Positions 1 to 10,600 of a DNA stretch of 30,292 nucleotides are shown in pieces; the stretch's first letter is position 1; each line of letters begins with the position of its first letter. This DNA is from Utricularia gibba (taxonomy: Eukaryota > Plantae > Magnoliophyta). The translations under genes and the position numbers were made by a program. The stretch lies in the NCBI GenBank assembly GCA_002189035.1, contig NEEC01000343.1, positions 1 to 30,292 on the forward strand, given 5' to 3'. The notes under the pieces are model-generated. The model was not told the origin of the DNA. It saw only the letters and a program-made list of their open reading frames with translations, and made no database searches.

Positions 1-3000
1 CCGACCCGACCTCGGCCGATCCTGGTGCCCCTCGAGAGCGCCTCCTCAAATAAAAGCTTGTGGATGAGAAAACCATTTGGGGTGCTCATGACATCCTAAC
101 TTCAATAAATGCATCACGATTTTCGTCGAATAGGACCGATTGGGCTCAGGAGTCGAACAGAACCTTGGGTCCGGATGAACTTCCCAACGAAAGCACCCAC
201 CCAAAAACGACAAGCTTTTCCTTCAGAAACAATGTAGGCAGCTGCCGAAAACCCAACGTTAATAAATGGATCACTTTTTTTGCCGGGCTACAAATGACTA
301 TGGGCCCGAGCCGACCGACCTCCGGCCAGATCCTGTGCCCCTCGAGAGCGCCTCCTCAAATAAAAAGCTGTGGTTGAGAAAACCATTTGGGGTGCTCATG
401 ACATCCTAACTTCAAAAAATGCATCACGATTTTCGTCGAATAGGACCCGATTGGGCTCAGGAGTCGAACCGAACCTTGGGTCCGGACGAAGTTCCAATGA
501 AAGCACCCACCCAAAAACGACAAGCTTTTCTTCAGAAACCATGTAGGCAGCTGCCGAAAACCCAACGTTAATAAATGGATCACTTTTTTTGCCGGGCTAC
601 AAATGACTATGGGCCCGAGTGACCTCCGGCCCGATCCTAGTGCCCTCGAGAGCGCCTCCTCAAATAAAAGCTTGTGGTTGAGAAAACCATTTGGGGTGCT
701 CATGACATCCTAACTTCAATAAATGCATCACGATTTTCGTCGAATAGGACCGATTGGGCTCAGGAGTCGAACCGAACCTTGGGTCCGGACGAAGTTCCCA
801 ATGAAAGCACCCAACCAAAAAACGACAAGCTTTTCCTTCAGAAACCATGTAGGCAGCTGCCGAAAACCCAACGTTAATAAATGGATCACTTTTTTTGCCG
901 GGCTACAAATGACTATGGGCCCAGCCGACCCGACCTCCGGCCCGATCCTAGTGCCCCTCGAGAGCGCCTCCTCAAATAAAAGCTGTGGTTGAGAAAACCA
1001 TTTGGGGTGCTCATGACATCCTAACTTCAAAAAATGCATCACGATTTTCGTCGAATAGGACCCGATTGGGCTCAGGAGTCGAACCGAACCTTGGGTCGGA
1101 CAAAGTTCCCAAAAAGCACCCACCCAAAAACGACAAGCTTTTCCTTCAGAAACCATGTAGGCAGCTGCCGAAAACCCAACGTTAATAAATGGATCACTTT
1201 TTTTGCCGGGCTACAAATGACTATGGGCCCGAGCGACGACCTCCGGCCCGATCCTAGTGCCCCTCGAGAGCGCCTCCTCAAATAAAAAGCATGTGGTTGA
1301 AAACCATTTGGGGTGCTCATGACATCCTAACTTCAATAAATGCATCACGATTTTCGTCGAATAGGACCCGATTGGCTCAGGAGTCGAACCGAACCTTGGG
1401 TCCGGATGAACTTCCCAACGAAAGCACCCACCCAAAAACGACAAGCTTTTCCTTCAGAAACCATGTAGGCAGCTGCCGAAAACCCAACGTTAATAAATGG
1501 ATCACTTTTTTTCCGGGCTACAAATGACTATGGGCCCGAGCCCGACCGACCTCGGCCCGATCCTGGCCCCTCGAGAGCGCCTCCTCAAATATAAAGCTTG
1601 TGGATGAGAAAACCATTTGGGGTGCTCATGACATCCTAACTTCAATAAATGCATCACGATTTTCGTCGAATAGGACCCGATTGGGCTCAGGAGTCGAACA
1701 GAACCTTGGGTCGGATGAACTTCCCAACGAAAGCCACCCAAAAACGACAAGCTTTTCCTTCAGAAACAATGTAGGCAGCTGCCGAAAACCCAACGTTAAT
1801 AAATGGATCACTTTTTTTGCCGGGCTACAAATGACTATGGGCCCGAGCGACAACCTCCGGCCAGATCCTAGTGCCCCTCGAGAGCGCCTCCTCAAATAAA
1901 AGCATGTGGTTGAGAAAACCATTTGGGGTGCTCATGACATCCTAACTTCAATAAATGCATCACGATTTTCGTCGAATAGGACCCGATTGGGCTCAGGAGT
2001 CGAACCGAACCTTGGGTCCGGATGAACTTCCCAACGAAAGCACCCACCCAAAAACGACAAGCTTTTCCTTCAGAAACCATGTAGGCAGCTGCCGAAAACC
2101 CAACGTTAATAAATGGATCACTTTTTTTGCCGGGCTACAAATGACTATGGGCCCGAGCCCGACCGACCTCCGGCCCGATCCTTGTGCCCCTCGAGAGCGC
2201 CTCCTCAAATATAAAGCTTGTGGATGAGAAAACCATTTGGGGTGCTCATGACATCCTAACTTCAATAAATGCATCACGATTTTCGTCGAATAGGACCCGA
2301 TTGGGCTCAGGAGTCGAACCGAACCTTGGGTCCGGACGAAGTTCCCAACGAACCACCCACCAAAAACGACAAGCTTTTCCTTCAGAAACCATGTAGGCAG
2401 CTGCCGAAAACCCAACGTTAATAAATGGATCACTTTTTTTGCCGGGCTACAAATGACTATGGGCCCGAGCCCGACCCGACTCCGGCCCGATCCTAGTGCC
2501 CCGAGAGCGCCTCCTCAAATAAAAAGCTTGTGGTTGAGAAAACCATTTGGGGTGCTCATGACATCCTAACTTCAATAAATGCATCACGATTTTCGTCGAA
2601 TAGGACCGATTGGGCTCAGGAGTCGAACCGAACCTTGGGTCCGGACGAATTCCCAACGAAAGCACCCACCAAAAACGACAAGCTTTTCCTTCAGAAACCA
2701 TGTAGGCAGCTGCCGAAAACCCAACGTTAATAAATGGATCACTTTTTTGCCGGGCTACAAATGACTATGGGCCCGAGTTCGACCCGACCTCCGGCCAGAT
2801 CCTAGTGCCCTCGAGAGCGCCTCCTCAAATAAAAAGCTGTGGTTGAGAAAACCATTTGGGGTGCTCATGACATCCTAACTTCAAAAAATGCATCACGATT
2901 TTCGTCGAATAGGACCCGATTGGGCTCAGGAGTCGAACCGAACCTTGGGTCCGGACGAACTTCCCAACGAAGCACCCCCCAAAAAAGACAAGCTTTTCCT

Positions 3001-4309
3001 TCAGAAACCATGTAGGCAGCTGCCGAAAACCCAACGTTAATAAATGGATCACTTTTTTTGCCGGGCTACAAATGACTATGGGCCCGAGTGACCTCCGGCC
3101 CGATCCTGTGCCCCTCGAGAGCGCCTCCTCAAATAAAAAGCTTGTGGTTGAGAAAACCATTTGGGGTGCTCATGACATCCTAACTTCAATAAATGCATCA
3201 CGATTTTCGTCGAATAGGACCCGATTGGGCTCAGGAGTCGAACCGAACCTTGGGTCCGGATGAACTTCCCAACGAAAGCACCCACCAAAAACGACAAGCT
3301 TTTCCTTCAGAAACATGTAGGCAGCTGCCGAAAACCCAACGTTAATAAATGGATCACTTTTTTTGCCGGGCTACAAATGACTATGGGCCCGAGCCGACCT
3401 GACCTCCGCCCGATCCTGGTGCCCCTCGAGAGCGCCTCCTCAAATATAAAGCTTGTGGAGAAAACCATTTGGGGTGCTCATGACATCCTAACTTCAAAAA
3501 TGCATCACGATTTTCGTCGAATAGGACCCGATTGGGCTCAGGAGTCGAACAGAACCTTGGGTCCGGATGAACTTCCCAACGAAAGCACCCACCCAAAAAC
3601 GACAAGCTTTTCCTTCAGAAACAATGTAGGCAGCTGCCGAAAACCCAACGTTAATAAATGGATCACTTTTTTTGCCGGGCTACAAATGACTATGGGCCCG
3701 AGTTCGACCCGACCTCCGGCCAGATCCTAGTGCCCCTCGAGAGCGCCTCCTCAAATAAAAGCATGTGGTTGAGAAAACCATTTGGGGTGCTCATGACATC
3801 CTAACTTCAAAAATGCATCACGATTTTCGTCGAATAGGACCCGATTGGGCTCAGGAGTCGAACCGAACCTTGGGTCCGGACGAAGTTCCCAATGAAAGCA
3901 CCCACCCAAAAACGACAAGCTTTTCCTTCAGAAACCATGTAGGCAGCTGCCGAAAACCCAACGTTAATAAATGGATCACTTTTTTGCCGGGCTACAAATG
4001 ACTATGGGCCCGAGCCTATGACCTCGGCCCGATCCTAGTGCCCCTCGAGAGCGCCTCCTCAAATAAAAAGCTTGTGGTTGAGAAAACCATTTGGGGTGCT
4101 CATGACATCCTAACTTCAATAAATGCATCACGATTTTCGTCGAATAGGACCGATTGGGCTCAAGTCGAACCGAACCTTGGGTCCGGACGAAGTTCCCAAT
4201 GAAAGCACCCACCAAAAACGACAAGCTTTTCCTTCAGAACCATGTAGGCAGCTGCCGAAAACCCAACGTTAATAAATGGATCACTTTTTTGCCGGGCTAC
4301 AAATGACTA

Positions 4310-4464
4310 TGGGCCCGAGCCCGACCCGACCTCCGGCCCGATCCTAGTGCCCCTCGAGAGCGCCTCCTCAAATAAAAAGCATGTGGTTGAGAAAACCATT
4401 TGGGGTGCTCATGACATCCTAACTTCAAAAAATGCATCACGATTTTCGTCGAATAGGACCCGAT
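4310..4464 (+). repeat. Subunit A (~155 bp) of the dimeric monomer
   Basis: Collinear with 4465-4624. TGGGCCCGAG..CGACCCGACC matches TGGGCTCAGGAGTCGAACCGAACC, GAGAGCGCCTCCTCAAA matches GAAAGCACCCACCCAAA, and AAGCTTGTGGTTGAGAAAACCATTTGG matches AAGCTTTTCCTTCAGAAACCATGTAGG. Confidence 0.85.
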
Positions 4465-4624
4465 TGGGCTCAGGAGTCGAACCGAACCTTGGGTCCGGAC
4501 GAACTTCCCAATGAAAGCACCCACCCAAAAACGACAAGCTTTTCCTTCAGAAACCATGTAGGCAGCTGCCGAAAACCCAACGTTAATAAATGGATCACTT
4601 TTTTTGCCGGGCTACAAATGACTA
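4465..4624 (+). repeat. Subunit B (~160 bp) of the dimeric monomer
   Basis: Homologous to subunit A at an offset of 157-159 bp. AACCCAACGTTAATAAATGGATCAC matches ATCCTAACTTCAA(T/A)AAATGCATCAC. Confidence 0.85.
4473..4483 (-). promoter_or_regulatory. Pol III B-box-like motif GGTTCGACTCC, present in nearly every monomer
   Basis: The reverse complement of GGAGTCGAACC matches the tRNA-type B-box consensus GGTTCGANTCC. There is no convincing A box, so function is unproven. Confidence 0.25.
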
Positions 4625-7600
4625 TGGGCCGAGCCGACTGACCTCCGGCCCGATCCTAGTGCCCCTCGAGAGCGCCTCCTCAAATAAAAAGCTGTGGTTG
4701 AGAAAACCATTTGGGGTGCTCATGACATCCTAACTTCAAAAAATGCATCACGATTTTCGTCGAATAGGACCCGATTGGGCTCAGGAGTCGAACCGAACCT
4801 TGGGTCCGGACGAATTTCCGAACAAAACCCAACCAAAAACGACAAGCTTTTCCTTCAGAAACCATGTAGGCAGCTGCCGAAAACCCAACGTTAATAAATG
4901 GATCACTTTTTTGCCGGGCTACAAATGACTATGGGCCCGAGCCCGACCTGACCTCCGGCCCGATCCTGGTGCCCCTCGAGAGCGCCTCCTCAAATATAAA
5001 GCTTGTGGAAAGAAAACCATTTGGGGTGCTCATGACATCCTAACTTCAAAAAATGCATCACGATTTTCGTCGAATAGGACCCGATTGGGCTCAGGAGTCG
5101 AACCGAACCTTGGGTCCGGATGAACTTCCCAACGAAAGCACCCACCCAAAAACGACAAGCTTTTCCTTCAGAAACAATGTAGGCAGCTGCCGAAAACAAC
5201 GTTAATAAATGGATCACTTTTTTTGCCGGGCTACAAATGACTATGGGCCCGAGTTCGACCCGACCTCCGGCCCGATCCTAGTGCCCCTCGAGAGCGCCTC
5301 CTCAAATAAAAAGCTTGTGGTTGAGAAAACCATTTGGGGTGCTCATGACATCCTAACTTCAATAAATGCATCACGATTTTCGTCGAATAGGACCCGATTG
5401 GGCTCAGGAGTCGAACCGAACCTTGGGTCCGGATGAACTTCCAACGAAAGCACCCACCCAAAAACGACAAGCTTTTCCTTCAGAAACAATGTAGGCAGCT
5501 GCCGAAAACCCAACGTTAATAAATGGATCACTTTTTTTGCCGGGCTACAAATGACTATGGGCCCGAGCCGACCCGACCTCCGGCCCGATCCTGTGCCCCT
5601 CGAGAGCGCCTCCTCAAATATAAAGCTTGTGGTGAGAAAACCATTTGGGGTGCTCATGACATCCTAACTTCAATAAATGCATCACGATTTTCGTCGAATA
5701 GGACCCATTGGGCTCAGGAGTCGAACCGAACCTTGGGTCCGGATGAACTTCCAACGAAAGCACCCACCAAAAACGACAAGCTTTTCCTTCAGAAACAATG
5801 TAGGCAGCTGCCGAAAACCCAACGTTAATAAATGGATCACTTTTTTTGCCGGGCTACAAATGACTATGGGCCCGAGTTCGACCTCCGGCCCGATCCTAGT
5901 GCCCCTCGAGAGCGCCTCCTCAAATAAAAGCTTGTGGTTGAGAAAACCATTTGGGGTGCTCATGACATCCTAACTTCAATAAATGCATCACGATTTTCGT
6001 CGAATAGGACCCGATTGGGCTCAGGAGTCGAACCGAACCTTGGGTCCGGACGAAGTTCCCAATGAAAGCACCCACCAAAAACGACAAGCTTTTCCTTCAG
6101 AAACATGTAGGCAGCTGCCGAAAACCCAACGTTAATAAATGGATCACTTTTTTTGCCGGGCTACAAATGACTATGGGCCCGAGCCGATATGACCTCCGGC
6201 CCGATCCTAGTGCCCCTCGAGAGCGCCTCCTCAAATAAAAAGCTGTGGTTGAGAAAACCATTTGGGGTGCTCATGACATCCTAACTTCAAAAAAATGCAT
6301 CACGATTTTCGTCGAATAGGACCCGATTGGGCTCAGGAGTCGAACCGAACCTTGGGTCCGGACGAATTCCAACAAAGCACCCACCAAAAACGACAAGCTT
6401 TTCCTTCAGAAACCATGTAGGCAGCTGCCGAAAACCCAACGTTAATAAATGGATCACTTTTTTTGCCGGGCTACAAATGACTATGGGCCGAGCCCGACCG
6501 ACCTCCGGCCGATCCTGGTGCCCCTCGAGAGCGCCTCCTCAAATATAAAGCTTGTGGAGAAAACCATTTGGGGTGCTCATGACATCCTAACTTCAAAAAA
6601 ATGCATCACGATTTTCGTCGAATAGGACCCATTGGGCTCAGGAGTCGAACAGAACCTTGGTCCGGATGAACTTCCAACGAAAGCACCCACCCAAAACGAC
6701 AAGCTTTTCCTTCAGAAACATGTAGGCAGCTGCCGAAAACCCAACGTTAATAAATGGATCACTTTTTTTGCCGGGCTACAAATGACTATGGGCCCGATTC
6801 GACCGACCTCCGGCCCGATCCTAGTGCCCTCGAGAGCGCCTCCTCAAATAAAAGCATGTGGTTGAGAAAACCATTTGGGGTGCTCATGACATCCTAACTT
6901 AAAAAATGCATCACGATTTTCGTCGAATAGGACCCGATTGGGCTCAGGTCGAACCGAACCTTGGGTCCGGACGAATTCCCAATGAAGCACCCACCCAAAA
7001 AAGACAAGCTTTTCCTTCAGAAACCATGTAGGCAGCTGCCGAAAACCCAACGTTAATAAATGGATCACTTTTTTTGCCGGGCTACAAATGACTATGGGCC
7101 CGAGTGACCTCGGCCCGATCCTAGTGCCCCTCGAGAGCGCCTCCTCAAATAAAAAGCTTGTGGTTGAGAAAACCATTTGGGGTGCTCATGACATCCTAAC
7201 TTCAATAAATGCATCACGATTTTCGTCGAATAGGACCCGATTGGGCTCAGGAGTCGAACCGAACCTTGGGTCCGGACGAACTTCCCAATGAAAGCACCCA
7301 CCAAAAACGACAAGCTTTTCCTTCAGAAACCATGTAGGCAGCTGCCGAAAACCCAACGTTAATAAATGGATCACTTTTTTTGCCGGGCTACAAATGACTA
7401 TGGGCCCGAGCGACCGACCTCCGGCCCGATCCTAGTGCCCCTCGAGAGCGCCTCCTCAAATAAAAGCTGTGGTTGAGAAAACCATTTGGGGTGCTCATGA
7501 CATCTAACTTCAAAAAATGCATCACGATTTTCGTCGAATAGGACCCGATTGGGCTCAGGAGTCGAACCGAACCTTGGGTCCGGACGAATTTCCCAACAAG

Positions 7601-10600
7601 CACCCACCAAAAACGACAAGCTTTTCCTTCAGAAACCATGTAGGCAGCTGCCGAAAACCCAACGTTAATAAATGGATCACTTTTTTGCCGGGCTACAAAT
7701 GACTATGGGCCGAGCCCGACCTGACCTCCGCCCGATCCTGGTGCCCCTCGAGAGCGCCTCCTCAAATATAAAGCTGTGGGAAAACCATTTGGGGTGCTCA
7801 TGACATCCTAACTTCAAAAATGCATCACGATTTTCGTCGAATAGGACCCGATTGGGCTCAGGAGTCGAACCGAACCTTGGGTCCGGATGAACTTCCCAAC
7901 GAAAGCACCCCCAAAAACGACAAGCTTTTCCTTCAGAAACCATAGGCAGCTGCCGAAAACCCAACGTTAATAAATGGATCACTTTTTTTGCCGGGCTACA
8001 AATGACTATGGGCCCGAGCCGACCGACCTCCGGCCCGATCCTAGTGCCCCTCGAGAGCGCCTCCTCAAATAAAAAAGCTTGTGGTTGAGAAAACCATTTG
8101 GGGTGCTCATGACATCCTAACTTCAAAAATGCATCACGATTTTCGTCGAATAGGACCCGATTGGGCTCAGGAGTCGAACCGAACCTTGGGTCCGACGAAC
8201 TTCCCAACAAAGCACCCACCCAAAAACGACAAGCTTTTCCTTCAGAAACCATGTAGGCAGCTGCCGAAAACCCAACGTTAATAAATGGATCACTTTTTTT
8301 GCCGGGCTACAAATGACTATGGGCCCGAGTTGACCTCCGGCCCGATCCTAGTGCCCCTCGAGAGCGCCTCCTCAAATAAAAAGCTGTGGTTGAGAAAACC
8401 ATTTGGGGTGCTCATGACATCCTAACTTCAAAAAATGCATCACGATTTTCGTCGAATAGGACCCGATTGGGCTCAGGAGTCGAACCGAACCTTGGGTCCG
8501 GACGAAGTTCCCAATGAAAGCACCCACCAAAAACGACAAGCTTTTCCTTCAGAAACCATGTAGGGCAGCTGCCGAAAACCCAACGTAATAAATGGATCAC
8601 TTTTTTTGCCGGGCTACAAATGACTATGGGCCCGAGACCCGACCTCCGGCCCGATCCTGTGCCCCTCGAGAGCGCCTCCTCAAATAAAAAGCTGTGGTTG
8701 AGAAAACCATTTGGGGTGCTCATGACATCCTAACTTCAAAAATGCATCACGATTTTCGTCGAATAGGACCCGATTGGGCTCAGGAGTCGAACCGAACCTT
8801 GGGTCCGGACGAAGTTCCCAACGAAAGCACCCACCAAAAAACGACAAGCTTTTCCTTCAGAAACCATGTAGGCAGCTGCCGAAAACCCAACGTTAATAAA
8901 TGGATCACTTTTTTTGCCGGGCTACAAATGACTATGGGCCGAGCCGACCGACCTCCGGCCCGATCCTGGTGCCCTCGAGAGCGCCTCCTCAAATATAAAG
9001 CTTGTGGATGAGAAAACCATTTGGGGTGCTCATGACATCCTAACTTCAAAAATGCATCACGATTTTCGTCGAATAGGACCCGATTGGGCTCAGGAGTCGA
9101 ACCGAACCTTGGGTCCGGACGAATTCCCAACAAAGCACCCACCCAAAACGACAAGCTTTTCCTTCAGAAAAATGTAGGCAGCTGCCGAAAACCCAACGTT
9201 AATAAATGGATCACTTTTTTTGCCGGGCTACAAATGACTATGGGCCCGAGCCCGACCTGACCTCCGCCCGATCCTGGTGCCCTCGAGAGCGCCTCCTCAA
9301 ATATAAAGCTTGTGGACAAGAAAACCATTTGGGGTGCTCATGACATCCTAACTTCAAAAAATGCATCACGATTTTCGTCGAATAGGACCCGATTGGGCTC
9401 AGGAGTCGAACCGAACCTTGGGTCCGGATGAACTTCCCAACGAAAGCACCCACCCAAAAACGACAAGCTTTTCCTTCAGAAACCATGTAGGCAGCTGCCG
9501 AAAACCCAACGTTAATAAATGGATCACTTTTTTTGCCGGGCTACAAATGACTATGGGCCCGAGTTCGACCCGACCTCCGGCCCGATCCTAGTGCCCCTCG
9601 AGAGCGCCTCCTCAAATAAAAAGCTGTGGTTGAGAAAACCATTTGGGGTGCTCATGACATCCTAACTTCAAAAATGCATCACGATTTTCGTCGAATAGGA
9701 CCCGATTGGGCTCAGGAGTCGAACCGAACCTTGGGTCCGGACGAATTCCCAAAAACACCCCCCAAAAACGACAAGCTTTTCCTTCAGAAACCATGTAGGC
9801 AGCTGCCGAAAACCCAACGTTAATAAATGGATCACTTTTTTTGCCGGGCTACAAATGACTATGGGCCCGAGCCGACCCGACCTCCGGCCCGATCCTAGTG
9901 CCCCTCGAGAGCGCCTCCTCAAATATAAAGCTTGTGGGAAAACCATTTGGGGTGCTCATGACATCCTAACTTCAAAAAATGCATCACGATTTTCGTCGAA
10001 TAGGACCCGATTGGGCTCAGGAGTCGAACCGAACCTTGGGTCCGGATGAACTTCCAACGAAAGCACCCACCAAAAAACGACAAGCTTTTCCTTCAGAAAC
10101 AATGTAGGCAGCTGCCGAAAACCCAACGTTAATAAATGGATCACTTTTTTTCCGGGCTACAAATGACTATGGCCCGAGACCGACCTCCGGCCGATCCTAG
10201 TGCCCCTCGAGAGCGCCTCCTCAAATATAAAGCTTGTGGAGAAAACCATTTGGGGTGCTCATGACATCCTAACTTCAAAAAATGCATCACGATTTTCGTC
10301 GAATAGGACCCTTGGGCTCAGAGTCGAACCGAACCTTGGGTCCGGACGAACTTCCAACAAAGCACCCACCCAAAAACGACAAGCTTTTCCTTCAGAAACC
10401 ATGTAGGCAGCTGCCGAAAACCCAACGTTAATAAATGGATCACTTTTTTTGCCGGGCTACAAATGACTATGGGCCCGAGCCCGACCCGACCTCCGGCCCG
10501 ATCCTGGTGCCCCTCGAGAGCGCCTCCTCAAATATAAAGCTTGTGGATGAGAAAACCATTTGGGGTGCTCATGACATCCTAACTTCAATAAATGCATCAC

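Larger units (their letters stand above)
4310..4624 (+). repeat. Representative full-length monomer (315 bp, ~50.5% GC, 19 CpG)
   Basis: Longest landmark-to-landmark copy among those I measured, with all homopolymers apparently intact: TGGGCCCGAGCCCGACCCGACCTCCGG...GCCGGGCTACAAATGACTA. Hand count gives 159/315 G+C. It has single sites for ApaI, XhoI, BspHI, NsiI, BspEI, HindIII, PvuII and AclI; many copies have a second HindIII site. Confidence 0.9.

Noticed and set aside
4398-4423. Telomeric repeats
   Set aside because: Only isolated degenerate words (TTTGGGG, CCTAAC); no tandem TTTAGGG, TTAGGG or TTAGG anywhere in the window.
4443-4460. CENP-B box (NTTCGNNNNANNCGGGN)
   Set aside because: TTCGTCGAATAGGAC and its minus-strand counterpart match the TTCG and A positions but not the CGGG, so there is no full motif on either strand.
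4310-4624. Hammerhead ribozyme, as in newt satellite 2, Schistosoma repeats or plant retrozymes
   Set aside because: No CUGANGA core on either strand. The closest are minus-strand CTGAAGG and plus-strand CTGACCT, and no matching helix arrangement is evident.
4310-4624. Tandem 5S rDNA or tRNA gene cluster
   Set aside because: No 120-nt 5S-like sequence; only TGACCTCC resembles a 5S fragment. The B-box region lacks an A box, D arm and proper anticodon loop.
4310-4624. Synthetic polylinker or vector origin, given the many six-cutter sites
   Set aside because: The sites are dispersed rather than clustered, the excess over chance is small, no vector elements are present, and the diverged dimer and HOR structure indicate natural evolution.
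4465-4624. Homology of the ~157-bp subunit to grass centromeric CentC/CentO (155-156 bp)
   Set aside because: Length is similar, but compared with the CentC consensus as I recall it only trivial words such as GGCAAAAA are shared. Not supportable without an alignment.
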